Positions 18,368 through 28,785 of a stretch of 57,782 nucleotides of DNA are shown here, in pieces (the stretch's first letter is position 1; every line of letters begins with the position of its first letter). Below the pieces are notes generated by a model, which saw nothing but the letters and a program-made list of their open reading frames with translations, did not search any database and was not told where the DNA came from. Position numbers and translations under genes: made by a program. The stretch spans positions 1-57,782 of IMG/VR virus record IMGVR_UViG_3300032116_000235. The stretch is one strand, 5' to 3'. The DNA is from a virus. Its lineage: Duplodnaviria > Caudoviricetes.

Positions 18368-21300
18368 ATGGCCGCTTGGACACCTCCGAAAGAAGATGAG
18401 ATTGGAAAACCAATTTCTGAAACTGAAACACCAACTTGGAAGCCGCCAGAGACAGATATTGTCCAAAATGAATGGGCTCCTCCGCGAGAGGATGATCCAG
18501 ATGATCCAATCAACATCAAAGACCCGTGGAAGATTTCTCAATTAAAGGAATCTGGTCAGCCTGTTTCCGATGAGCAAGAGCGCATTCTTTTTGATTACGA
18601 GGATGAAAAACCGCTAACGCAAAAGGCAGGAGATTTCATTGGTGGAGCATTAGAAAAAGCTCCAGAAGCGTTTGCTGATATTGCTGTTGGCGGAGCGCAA
18701 CTCGGGTATAAAGGCGTATTATTGCCATTGAACGAAATGTTCCTTGGCTTTGCGATGTATACTCCCGAACAACGGGCAAAAATCCTCCGTGATCGTGACC
18801 TGACATATAAAGCATTAGCTTCTGGCGGAGCGCAGGGATTAGATGAAGCCATGGAGGCTGGAACTCGCCTCGCAACTCTCGGTTCATCTATTACCGATAA
18901 GCTCCAAGGAATGCCGAAAGAAGAACGATTCCGCCGTTATATGACGCGGGAAACTATGCGTAAATTCGCGCAAGCGGCAAGAGCTGAAACGCCAGACACG
19001 CTTGCTCGGTTGACGGCTGAAAGTCCTTTGATTCGTGGCATCGTGAAAACGATGGTTGATATGGAGGGCGGAGACCCTAAAGCGCAAGAAGAAGCGGTTA
19101 AAGAATACGAAAGACTGGTCAAAGAAAGCGGAATGACCAAAGAGGAGTTGGATGAGTTTGCCAAGGTTGTTAATTTTGGTGATGTCAGTATGCCAACCGC
19201 TCTTCCCGGAGCGAACACGCTGACCAAAGCAGTTTCAAAGCCGATTGTTGCCGCAACGCAAAAAGGCGGAGAATTGGCATTGAAAGGTCTGAATCTCGGC
19301 TCAAGAGCTACTGGCTGGACGGCTGGGAAAGTGATTGGCGCAGGAGAATACATTCAGAAAAAGGCGCGCGATATTGGTGAATATGCCGTCAATGATCCCG
19401 ATACTTTTCTAAAAGGTGCCGTAAACACGGCAATGTTGCCTGTGATGACAGTTGTCAAGCCGACAAAAACAGTCGCAGATGTCATTACCGACATTACCCG
19501 CCAAGTTGATGTTGGCGGAGCGGCAGGGCGCAGGGGAATGTTTGAAAGAGCAGGCAGGGATGTCCGCTCGACCGCAACAACGCAAAAACTATTCGGGCCA
19601 GAAGGCAAAGGCGGAGTTGGCAGGGCGAAATTAGCTGATTGGGCTGTTCGTCAGTCTAACGCAATGATTCAGCCCGGAGTCAATGCAGGCGCATTGAATG
19701 TTTTGATGGGTTTGCCGGATGCTGAAACAGCCGAACAGGCTGGACAGCAGTTCGGCACCGGATTTGGTATTGGCGCATATTCTGGAAGCAGGGCGGAATC
19801 TCGCGTTCTTGGAATGGTTGATCCGAGAACGACAATGGCGCAGAAAGTAACAAATCTCGTCACCCCTGATCCAACTCAACTTCGCAGAGATCAAGACGCC
19901 GACATTAAACGATTCATGGCAACCGCATCGCCAGACTTGCGTCAGCAAATGCAAGACCTCGCAAGCATTGATAAACGCAAAGCGGCACTCGATCAGGCCA
20001 TCGCGGAAGCAACCGATGTTCAAAGCAGAACAATCGACAAAGAAACTTCAGATTTTCTGCAAATACAGATTGACGGCTACAACAAGCAAAAAGCCGCATT
20101 GGATAAAGCCACGCCGGAAACTCAACGCGAATATGACCGATTGATTCAGTTGACTACGCTGGATGCTTTGGATCAAGCGCAAGCGGTCGGAACTGCCGCA
20201 GGATTGCGCGGAATGAATCTTGTTTTCCTTGATCCTGCGAATGCTGAACAATTTTACCGGAATCTTTACGGGCAGACGCTTGTTGACGCTGAAAAGAACA
20301 AAGCAATTCTCACGGGAAGAGCGTTAACACCAGAAGAGCAAAACACCCTACGCGAAGCCAACGAGACTTTGGCGGCATTTGCGCAGAGAGTCGATAACGC
20401 CCAAAATACGCGAGGTTTTGCGTTGAGTGAGCCAATCACCGATGCCAACGACCCCGAATATGTCCCGCCGCATTTGCGGATGCAAAATCAGAAAGGCGCA
20501 ACCGCTGTTATCAATACAGATTTGGTGAAACACCTAACCGAACGCGGATTCAATGTTCGGCACACAATCCAGCACGAAGTTCAACACGCTCTTGAAAACT
20601 TCAAAGAGGTTCAAGATTTACTCTCTCCGGTTAGGAAATATCTGTTCGATCAGAAAGTTCAGAATGATGACGGAACATTCACCGTAGTTAGCGAAGGAGC
20701 TTACAATGATCAGAAGCTAGATGAATACGCGATGCAATATGCTCAGAAGTTTTCTCCTGCCGATGGCGGTGCTGGATTCTTCGCGCAGTTCGGAGGAGAT
20801 ATTCAGAAACAACGCGACTATATCAAGCGTGAAATCCTCGCAGAAGTAGCAACCGCTGGCGGCGAATATGAAGGCGGAAGCCGAGCGGCATTGGACGATG
20901 TTGGCAGGAATTTCGTTGATTGGCTTGAAGTCACTACCCGCGATGGATTCCTCAAGAAAATGAAAGAAGGACTGCGGAAAGTCGGCGTTGTTGTAGATAA
21001 CACCGGAGGCTACACAACGCTATTTGACGCGAAGATCACGCCAGAAGTTGTCGCCACGATTCGCCAGTATCAGCGTGGCTTGCGTGATATGAATGGCGCG
21101 TTGACATACAACGCAAAACGCGAGGCCGAGGAGCCAGATATTCCATTAGTCAAAATTCTCGGGAATCGTGCATTACAAGAGAAATACAAAAATGCTGATT
21201 TCTTTGAAAAAGAGCAAATCGTTCGCGCAACGCAACCGGACGGATCGCAAACTGAAATCGTTGTTCCAGAAGGCGCGAATCTTGACTCGTTCACAGGAAT

Positions 21301-24300
21301 TTATCGTGTTGAGAACGGGCAATTAGTCGATGAGGACGGAACTCCGATGCAACTCGCGCCGGAAATCAATGTTCAAGCGATGCCGAACGGAACGAAATTT
21401 GAGGTAGATACCCGCATTGCGAGGAAGCCGGATGGTTCTCCGATAATTATCCAGAACCGAGAGATGAAGCGCAGGGCGATTGATCGCACACAAATGCTCG
21501 TCAACGCGATTGAATCCGCTCCGAAGGATGATTCTCCGTTCCGCATGATTGATGTCGGCAAAGGCGATTACCGAGGCGCAATGTCGCCAAGCCAAGTTGA
21601 GGCATTATTGAAGATTCCGAATACGGTTCTTTCTCCGAATTTGAAGCGCATGATCGTTTTCTTTAATGAGATTTTGCGCCGTGGTGATGGAACTCGCGTC
21701 ATGATGGAATATCAAGCCGCATTGCTGAATGGAAAATATAAGGCAATCGCCCCAAGACTACGCGACGAGGTTCCCATTGGCTTCAAGATTACGAAAGACG
21801 GCAACTTCACAGTTACTACGATGTCGGTCAGCCGCATGTATGATAAAATGAATGCTTGGGCGGCAAAGAAACCGCTAAACTTGAGTCTTTGGGGTGGAGA
21901 TACAGGGAAATTTTGGGATTCCGTTATCAAAGTATTGGACAATCACGCAAGAGGAGAAAAAGGAGAAGTTGGACTTCACCCTGATCCTTATATCGCGCTT
22001 CGGATGAAATATAAGGTGAACGATCTATTCAATGTCTATAATGCTGAAACGAAAGCCGCAAATCCTGACCGAACAACATTACCACGCGAAAAAGGCAAAG
22101 ACCCTGTTGATGTTATCGTTCGTTCGCGCCGATTGGATCGGATCAACAATTTCAGCGAAATCAGCGCACAGAAATTGCCGATGAACTACGGCAAGCTTCT
22201 GGAAAACTATCTGCCAGCGAATAATCCGCTTGCTCGTCCGCAGAGTCCAGACGAAATGATGATGAATTTGGATGGTAGCGTGACTGCTACCCGCATCAGA
22301 AATGCCATTGCCAGCGGAAATGTGGAGCAACTGGAGTCCGAATTGCGAGCGAGTGATGACTTGCTCCCGTTTGAATCATTATATGTGTCACAGGGCGAAA
22401 CTGGAGAGCCGCAGATTCAGGTTGTTTCCATGCTGGAACCCGGAATTGAACCGAGTTTAGAACCATCTGAAATTCCCCGCGATATTGATGCTGAAACAGA
22501 AGCGGAAATCGCAAAACTTGACGCCGAGCAAGACATGGTTGAACAGGCTCAACAGGGCCAACTGGAACAGCAACAGGGCCAACAGGGCCAACAGGTGCCA
22601 CGGGTTCGCGCCGAATTTATTCCGCCAGTTCAAAAGCAGAATACATATTATAGCGCACGACAACCGGGAACAGAGCAATACGCAGGATCGTTTTTCACGC
22701 CTGACAGAGAAGCGGCAAATCAATTCGGTGAGAATTTCGGGCTTCCAGTTTCTGAATTTCAAATAAATCCGAAAAATATCGCATCAGATATTGATGTTGA
22801 AATTGTTGCGAATGAACTCGGAATTTACAAAAAAGGAACACCTGTTGATCAGTATTTAATTCAAGGGCCAGATGCAATTTTTGAAGAATCATCAGAAGTT
22901 GTTCGCAGATTACGGAAACAAGGATTCGACAGCGTTGAATTGTTTGACGGAATCTCAAAAGAACCAAGTCTTGTGGTTTTGAATCCAGAAATAATTCAAA
23001 AGAACGCGATAGCTGATTCCGGAATCTCTTACTTGCCAGCAGAAGACCCATTTTATTCTCGTTTACAGCGCGGAATTCAAGAAAGTCAGCAAGCCACATA
23101 TTCACCAGATCAGGCAAAGGCTCTTGCACGGAAATCCACAAACGCAGAGGAATTGAAATGGTCTGGAATTGAAAATGCCATTGATTCTATTGCCGAGGAA
23201 AACAACGGCAAAGTTCCTAAACAAGCATTGCTGGATTACATGGCAAATGAGGGGCAAGTGAAGTTTGAAGAAACCAATTTAGCAGAACTTAATCGCTCAG
23301 AGGAAATTGCTAAAAAATACGGAATTACTTTAGAAATAACGCCAGAGGAAGTTGTCGCGTTTGACAAAGATGATGAAAGTTTGGAGTGGGATGAATTTCC
23401 AGAAGAACTAAAGCAGGAATTATTGCGAACTCAGAATATGCAGGCATCTAAATATGCAAAATATCAACTTCCCGGAGGTGAAAATTATCGTGAGATTGTT
23501 TTGACAATGCCTGAAGGGAATAGGGGGAAGTGGAATGATTTTGATGCTTGGTTAAAAGGCCGTGTTGGGTCAAAACGCGCAAAAGTTTTGACAGAAAAAG
23601 AACGGAATGATTTCAAAAAAGAATGGAGAGATTTAAATCCAGCAGAAAATGATTACACCTCTTCTCACTATTCAAACATCCCAAACTATGTCGCTCACAT
23701 TCGTTTGAATGAACGGAAAGACGCCGAAGGAAAAGAAGGATTGTTCATTGAGGAAATTCAATCTGATAGGCATCAGCAGGGAAGGAAATACGGATACGAT
23801 TCAGATATTCCAAAATTTGATCCAACTAAATTAAAAGTTGAGAAAGCTCCAGCAGGGGGATACACGGCATACAATGTTTATTATGATGGCGTTCTTGTTG
23901 CGCAACCACCGAGTTTTGCCGCCAAAAATGAAAATGATGCCGCAAGAATAGGAAGGGAAACAGTTGAGCGTGGCTTGACTCTGAACAGACAAGGGAAAAC
24001 GCCAATTCCTGATGCGCCATTCCGGAAAGATTGGCCGCTCCAAATGTTCAAGCGTGCTTTGCGTGATGCTGTTGCTGGCGGAAAAGAATGGATCGGCTGG
24101 ACAGACGGAGCAACGCAAGCAGATCGATATGATTTGAGTAAACAGGTTGATGCAATTCAAATAGAAAAAGTTAATGAAAATTCATTCAACTTATACGCGA
24201 AACAAATAGGAATCAGTTCTTTTTCTAATTTGGGATATGGCATTCCAGCTTCTCAAATTGAAAACTATGTTGGAAAAGAAATTGCCAAAAAAGCTGATCT

Positions 24301-27300
24301 TGAAAATTTGAGCGCAGGAGAATCATCAACAATATCTGGAGTTGATTTAAAAGTCGGCGGCGAAGGGATGAAAGGATTCTACGACAACATGCTTCCGAAA
24401 GAAATCGGCAAGTATGTTGGTAAGATGGGCGGCAAGGTTGAGAAAAATAAAATCGAAGCGCAACCTTCTGATGTCGCGCCAGAATTAAATGAATTTACTG
24501 ATATAGATTTTGACATTTTTGGCGGTGCTGAAGGTTTCCCAAGCGGAGATAATCCTTTGATTGGAGAAGTTCGTTTACATCACATCGATACTGATAAGAA
24601 TTTCACTATCGTTGCCGATCAGTCAGGGTTCCAAATTTTTGATGAAAATGGAGAATATTACGGATTGCAGAAAGAATTTCAAACAGCAGAAGAAGCGAGA
24701 AATTGGTTCAATGAGAATTATCAGGATGGATCATTCCATATAGAATTGAATAATCAAAATCGCGGAGAGTATTTTACAGAGCCTCAACAACAAGATTTTG
24801 ATTACTGGAAAGTTGATATTACTCCAGAAATGGCCGCGACGGTGAGCAAAGGCCAGCCGCAATATCTCCCTTATGTTCCTTACAGCCTGCCACGCGATCC
24901 GCGCAAAATCATGGCAGACTTCTACCTCCTAACAACAACAGGAGACAAAGCCGGATACTTCGGTCAAAATTGGGAGAAAATCAAAGGCGGTATGCCGCCA
25001 ACGAGAGCCGGATTGCGTTACGGAGAATACGGAGAAAATCTGGAAGAAGCGGTTGGCAAGTTGACCGAGCAAATGAAACGCCACATGTCAGATTCATTGC
25101 TGTTCTCAATCTCTGCCGAATTGCGTCATGCTTTGGAGCGTAGCCAGCCAGAGGAATTGATGAACAATCCGTTCATGAAAGCGTATCGTGAATATCTGGA
25201 GTCATATTCGCGCTTAAAAGATGTTCGGATGACTCCGCTTATTGAAAAGAATCTTCAAGGCATATACCCTGAAGGCAAACGCGCACGGATTACGAAAGGA
25301 AGCCCGCAAGAATATCAGATTTCAAACAAAGCGGTCAGAAAAGCGTTGGAAGAAACGGGAACAAGTCTTCAAGACTTTTCAGAAATCGCGGAGAATATTT
25401 TCCGCAAGGGAAGATGGGCGACATCCTATGGCGGTCAGCCGTGGGGAAATATCGCCGAAGGGCTTCGAATGATAGTCAACGCTGAAACAACCGGAGACAT
25501 GGTGAAGGCTATGGATAATGCCTATGATCTCCAGCACAACACCGCGACTGTATTCAACAAGATCAAAAAATACCAGCGCGAAGGAGGCTATAAGTGGCTT
25601 CAAGACATGCTGGATTTCAAGTATCACGCAATGACTCCCCGCGAGTTGGTTCCGCTGGCCAGTTCAGCCGCAAAGCGTATCGCCGCCCCTGCTTTGCTGG
25701 ACATTGGTGATCCCGCGATGGACAAGAGCCGAGAGAACGCTGTTAGCGCATCCAGCGAAGAACTTGTTTCTGGTTTGGAATCGGCTATCGGAAGGCTAAA
25801 AGGCAATCAGGAGAATGTCTATAATGACATTTGGGTAAAAGCGCAGAAAGGCTCCGGAAAAGACATCAATGAGGAATTGTTCAAATGGCTGAGAGCGCAA
25901 ATGCCAGCGCGGAAAGACGAGTTGGAAGCGGTTGGTGTGAATAAAGACATAATTCGCTATGCAAGGCTATTGCTGGCTGAAAAAATGGCACCGAAGATGG
26001 AAGTTCCGTCAGACATCAAAGAAATGGTTGCGCAGTCGATTCGTGAGCAGAAACAAAAAGCGCAGGAAAAACCTGCTCCTAAAACTGAAATCGCTCAACA
26101 AACATCGTTGAAGTGGGTAAATAAAGTATACAAAGGCGATGAATACGAAATTTTTGAAAATGGCGACCAACCAATATCAACGGAAACAACTGTTTATATT
26201 GACGGAAAACCAATAAAAGCAGGATTTGTTGCAGATGGCAATGGGTTGTATTTAATATTGAATAATGGAGAAGAATACGGAGTCCCATTTGATCCTGAAT
26301 CCGCAAAAAACGCTAAAGAATCGTTTGAAATGGAATACTCTGGGAAATCGAATGATATTGCAAAAGAGCTTAAAAATTTTCACGGAGTAAATCTCTCATT
26401 CGTTGATCCGGCAAAAGCCAAACAGACAGGGAAAACGACATTTGAACCTTCTCCTAAAACTGAAATCGCAAAACAACCAAAATTAGATTGGCAAGACAAC
26501 ATCCCAAATAGCGACGATGCATACGCCGACTATCCTAATGGGGATAAACCATCAGGTGCTACTGTAAATGTTTGGGTTGATGGTTCTCCAAAAAAAGCGT
26601 TTATCGTCGTGCATCATGACGGAACATCCATCATTATTGACAATATAAGATATGCTGTTCCTTGGGGATCATTGGACGAGTCTGTTGCAGACTCTAAAAA
26701 AGGATTAGCTGATCAAATATCCGGAAAATATAACGACATTGTTTCTGACCTAAAAGAATACGAAGATCTTAATCTCTCATTCGTTGATCCAGCGAAAACA
26801 AAACAGGCAGATAAAACGCCAGACATTGAAGATTTCTGGCCGAAGGCTCTTTCATTCATGTCTCTTCCTGAAATTGAACATGTAAAACAAACAATTAAGG
26901 ATTCTCTTGAAGCAGGGAAAAATTACAATAATTGGATTGATGAACTGGAAATGTATGGGCAAAAAGCAAAAAACCTATACTCTCCCGACAGCCAAAAAGA
27001 GTTGAAGAAATTATTTGAGGAGGAGGCGAAGAAGCTTCATAAATCTCTAAATCCAAGACTCAGCATTAAAAAAGCCGAAAGTTATTTCAATAAATCGATC
27101 ACTGATTACGCGAACTCTTATTGGAAAGAGGTTATTGATCAAAACAAAAATTACGCGGATGAGGTCGGAGTTTTAGTAGAATCTTTATTAGCTCAACACT
27201 CAAATAAACCAGAATTTTCAGCAAAAAGGAAAACTATCTCTATCGGGCGAAGAACCTATACTGCTTATACTCCCGTCAAAGGCGGCGATGTTTATATTTT

Positions 27301-27454
27301 GTATGGCACCCCGAACAATTCAGGTGAAGATTTGAATTATAAATGGGATGGTGCCGCAACATTCACAACTAAAAATAAAATGAAAGATGATGTTTTGGAT
27401 GATCTTGAATGGTGGTTCAAAGGGGAAATTGACTACTACGATCCGCAAATCTGA
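18368..27454 (+). CDS. Giant (3028 aa) polyvalent-type injected protein
   Basis: HEVQH zincin motif at 20573-20587; ART-PolyVal-like segment (~22640-23010: GSFFTPDREAA...QGFDSV...LVVLNPEII); FIEEIQSD domain; WxxSYGG..DLQHN domain; C-terminal tandem duplication. Confidence 0.7.
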   Translation: MAAWTPPKEDEIGKPISETETPTWKPPETDIVQNEWAPPREDDPDDPINIKDPWKISQLKESGQPVSDEQERILFDYEDEKPLTQKAGDFIGGALEKAPEAFADIAVGGAQLGYKGVLLPLNEMFLGFAMYTPEQRAKILRDRDLTYKALASGGAQGLDEAMEAGTRLATLGSSITDKLQGMPKEERFRRYMTRETMRKFAQAARAETPDTLARLTAESPLIRGIVKTMVDMEGGDPKAQEEAVKEYERLVKESGMTKEELDEFAKVVNFGDVSMPTALPGANTLTKAVSKPIVAATQKGGELALKGLNLGSRATGWTAGKVIGAGEYIQKKARDIGEYAVNDPDTFLKGAVNTAMLPVMTVVKPTKTVADVITDITRQVDVGGAAGRRGMFERAGRDVRSTATTQKLFGPEGKGGVGRAKLADWAVRQSNAMIQPGVNAGALNVLMGLPDAETAEQAGQQFGTGFGIGAYSGSRAESRVLGMVDPRTTMAQKVTNLVTPDPTQLRRDQDADIKRFMATASPDLRQQMQDLASIDKRKAALDQAIAEATDVQSRTIDKETSDFLQIQIDGYNKQKAALDKATPETQREYDRLIQLTTLDALDQAQAVGTAAGLRGMNLVFLDPANAEQFYRNLYGQTLVDAEKNKAILTGRALTPEEQNTLREANETLAAFAQRVDNAQNTRGFALSEPITDANDPEYVPPHLRMQNQKGATAVINTDLVKHLTERGFNVRHTIQHEVQHALENFKEVQDLLSPVRKYLFDQKVQNDDGTFTVVSEGAYNDQKLDEYAMQYAQKFSPADGGAGFFAQFGGDIQKQRDYIKREILAEVATAGGEYEGGSRAALDDVGRNFVDWLEVTTRDGFLKKMKEGLRKVGVVVDNTGGYTTLFDAKITPEVVATIRQYQRGLRDMNGALTYNAKREAEEPDIPLVKILGNRALQEKYKNADFFEKEQIVRATQPDGSQTEIVVPEGANLDSFTGIYRVENGQLVDEDGTPMQLAPEINVQAMPNGTKFEVDTRIARKPDGSPIIIQNREMKRRAIDRTQMLVNAIESAPKDDSPFRMIDVGKGDYRGAMSPSQVEALLKIPNTVLSPNLKRMIVFFNEILRRGDGTRVMMEYQAALLNGKYKAIAPRLRDEVPIGFKITKDGNFTVTTMSVSRMYDKMNAWAAKKPLNLSLWGGDTGKFWDSVIKVLDNHARGEKGEVGLHPDPYIALRMKYKVNDLFNVYNAETKAANPDRTTLPREKGKDPVDVIVRSRRLDRINNFSEISAQKLPMNYGKLLENYLPANNPLARPQSPDEMMMNLDGSVTATRIRNAIASGNVEQLESELRASDDLLPFESLYVSQGETGEPQIQVVSMLEPGIEPSLEPSEIPRDIDAETEAEIAKLDAEQDMVEQAQQGQLEQQQGQQGQQVPRVRAEFIPPVQKQNTYYSARQPGTEQYAGSFFTPDREAANQFGENFGLPVSEFQINPKNIASDIDVEIVANELGIYKKGTPVDQYLIQGPDAIFEESSEVVRRLRKQGFDSVELFDGISKEPSLVVLNPEIIQKNAIADSGISYLPAEDPFYSRLQRGIQESQQATYSPDQAKALARKSTNAEELKWSGIENAIDSIAEENNGKVPKQALLDYMANEGQVKFEETNLAELNRSEEIAKKYGITLEITPEEVVAFDKDDESLEWDEFPEELKQELLRTQNMQASKYAKYQLPGGENYREIVLTMPEGNRGKWNDFDAWLKGRVGSKRAKVLTEKERNDFKKEWRDLNPAENDYTSSHYSNIPNYVAHIRLNERKDAEGKEGLFIEEIQSDRHQQGRKYGYDSDIPKFDPTKLKVEKAPAGGYTAYNVYYDGVLVAQPPSFAAKNENDAARIGRETVERGLTLNRQGKTPIPDAPFRKDWPLQMFKRALRDAVAGGKEWIGWTDGATQADRYDLSKQVDAIQIEKVNENSFNLYAKQIGISSFSNLGYGIPASQIENYVGKEIAKKADLENLSAGESSTISGVDLKVGGEGMKGFYDNMLPKEIGKYVGKMGGKVEKNKIEAQPSDVAPELNEFTDIDFDIFGGAEGFPSGDNPLIGEVRLHHIDTDKNFTIVADQSGFQIFDENGEYYGLQKEFQTAEEARNWFNENYQDGSFHIELNNQNRGEYFTEPQQQDFDYWKVDITPEMAATVSKGQPQYLPYVPYSLPRDPRKIMADFYLLTTTGDKAGYFGQNWEKIKGGMPPTRAGLRYGEYGENLEEAVGKLTEQMKRHMSDSLLFSISAELRHALERSQPEELMNNPFMKAYREYLESYSRLKDVRMTPLIEKNLQGIYPEGKRARITKGSPQEYQISNKAVRKALEETGTSLQDFSEIAENIFRKGRWATSYGGQPWGNIAEGLRMIVNAETTGDMVKAMDNAYDLQHNTATVFNKIKKYQREGGYKWLQDMLDFKYHAMTPRELVPLASSAAKRIAAPALLDIGDPAMDKSRENAVSASSEELVSGLESAIGRLKGNQENVYNDIWVKAQKGSGKDINEELFKWLRAQMPARKDELEAVGVNKDIIRYARLLLAEKMAPKMEVPSDIKEMVAQSIREQKQKAQEKPAPKTEIAQQTSLKWVNKVYKGDEYEIFENGDQPISTETTVYIDGKPIKAGFVADGNGLYLILNNGEEYGVPFDPESAKNAKESFEMEYSGKSNDIAKELKNFHGVNLSFVDPAKAKQTGKTTFEPSPKTEIAKQPKLDWQDNIPNSDDAYADYPNGDKPSGATVNVWVDGSPKKAFIVVHHDGTSIIIDNIRYAVPWGSLDESVADSKKGLADQISGKYNDIVSDLKEYEDLNLSFVDPAKTKQADKTPDIEDFWPKALSFMSLPEIEHVKQTIKDSLEAGKNYNNWIDELEMYGQKAKNLYSPDSQKELKKLFEEEAKKLHKSLNPRLSIKKAESYFNKSITDYANSYWKEVIDQNKNYADEVGVLVESLLAQHSNKPEFSAKRKTISIGRRTYTAYTPVKGGDVYILYGTPNNSGEDLNYKWDGAATFTTKNKMKDDVLDDLEWWFKGEIDYYDPQI

Positions 27455-27993
27455 TGAAATCATATATCGGTTCTTTGCCTAAGCATCGGTATGTTTTCGT
27501 TGATTCGCGTTTCACTCATGAGGAGCCGTGCGGTTTTGTTCCGGCAGTTTGGTTTGGCCTTGTCAGTTTTCCCGGAAGAGTGTGGGGATGTAATGTGATG
27601 CTGGAGTGTGGTGCGGTTTATCGCTCTCTGCCGCCCCATGCGCTCTCTTTTATTGAGAAACCGGAGCCTTGGCCTATTCGGAACTCCCAGTTGTGGGATT
27701 GCTACGGCACGGACTGGTCAGCGGAGGAATATACTTATCTGCGAGGATTGCGGTTGAAGTGCAAAATCGGAGGCGAACTTTTCAGCGGACACTATCTGTT
27801 CACAATCGCGCCGATGAACGATGGATTTAGCGAGGCACCGGAGCAATCGAAAGAATTCATGTTTTGCGAACTCGACAACGGAAGGCTCACGATTCAGCCA
27901 ACAAATAAAGTGATATTTGAAGATATTAGCTTCACAACAGACGAGAAGGTTCCGCGATTAAAGTTGCAAACTGAGGTATATTCCTGCGAATAG
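27454..27993 (+). CDS. Phage hypothetical protein
   Basis: 179-aa ORF; VMLECGAVYRSLPPHAL, QLWDCYG, QPTN motifs. Confidence 0.65.
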   Translation: MKSYIGSLPKHRYVFVDSRFTHEEPCGFVPAVWFGLVSFPGRVWGCNVMLECGAVYRSLPPHALSFIEKPEPWPIRNSQLWDCYGTDWSAEEYTYLRGLRLKCKIGGELFSGHYLFTIAPMNDGFSEAPEQSKEFMFCELDNGRLTIQPTNKVIFEDISFTTDEKVPRLKLQTEVYSCE

Positions 27994-28070
27994 AAACCCA
28001 CCGCTAACCCACCGCTATCCCAGCGCAAACCCTCCCATTCCCCAATACCCAATACCCAATATTAAATAAG
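27994..28070. repeat. Intergenic copy of iteron-like array (11-bp AACCCAnCGCT units plus 7-bp CCCAATA units)
   Basis: 62/77 ungapped identity (hand count) to 37271-37347 inside the replication initiator gene. Confidence 0.85.
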
Positions 28071-28082
28071 TGAGTGAAAGAT

Positions 28083-28115
28083 TTTCCTTTTCAAAAATAG
28101 AAATTCGCGTTTAAT
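28083..28115 (+). promoter_or_regulatory. Putative early promoter 1
   Basis: TTTCCTTTTCA..16 nt..TTTAAT; the motif recurs at 29066 and 32698. Confidence 0.5.
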
Positions 28116-28158
28116 GCCAATCGTCAGAATCACCTGACGCCAATAAATAAATAAATCA

Positions 28159-28413
28159 ATGAATAAAAAACTCAGCCAACTCGAAATCTTGAACAAAATT
28201 TATGATCAAGATTTGAAAGCATCCGATTCTGGAAAAAGTAAGTGGTTTGAAACTCAACTCGGCAAAATTGAAGTATGGAATTTCATCGAATGCCAGCGTC
28301 AGAACGCAGAGGAAGAAGGAAATGATTTTGAGTCTCACATTCGTTGCGCTCTTTCCGACGATTGGAATTCACCAATCGGAAAATTCTTCACCCGCAAAGG
28401 ATTCATTATTTGA
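28159..28413 (+). CDS. Early hypothetical protein
   Basis: Preceded by AATAAATAAATAAAT leader. Confidence 0.6.
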   Translation: MNKKLSQLEILNKIYDQDLKASDSGKSKWFETQLGKIEVWNFIECQRQNAEEEGNDFESHIRCALSDDWNSPIGKFFTRKGFII

Positions 28414-28421
28414 TCACTGCC

Positions 28422-28604
28422 ATGATTCACCCAAACAGAAGAAGGCTAACGCTCACATCCGAAATTCAAATTCGGGTTTGCATAAAACGGGAAATCCGCC
28501 GCCATTGGCCGTATCGCCAAGAGCCGTATTTCCGAAAAGAAATCCGCGAACTAATCACGGCATATCGTGAAATCACCAGCGATGAACTTCTCTACAACCT
28601 GTAA
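28422..28604 (+). CDS. Small basic hypothetical protein
   Basis: ATG at 28422, in frame with the tracked ORF. Confidence 0.45.
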   Translation: MIHPNRRRLTLTSEIQIRVCIKREIRRHWPYRQEPYFRKEIRELITAYREITSDELLYNL

Positions 28605-28611
28605 TAACATT

Positions 28612-28785
28612 ATGAACGAAACAGCCGCAGAAAAATTAGCAAATTTGCAAACTCTTCAAGTTTGCGCCAAAGACCAAGAAATGAATGTCACGATTTCCGT
28701 CGATGAAGATGGATTCTATCTCATCGGAGATCGAATGTTCACAGATTACAAGTCAGCATTGAAATTCATCGTAGGAGAAAAATGA
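28612..28785 (+). CDS. Hypothetical protein
   Basis: ATG at 28612; ATGA overlap with next gene. Confidence 0.5.
   Translation: MNETAAEKLANLQTLQVCAKDQEMNVTISVDEDGFYLIGDRMFTDYKSALKFIVGEK

Noticed and set aside
22550-22592. caacagggc short tandem repeats
   Set aside because: Simple Gln/Gly low-complexity linker in the giant protein
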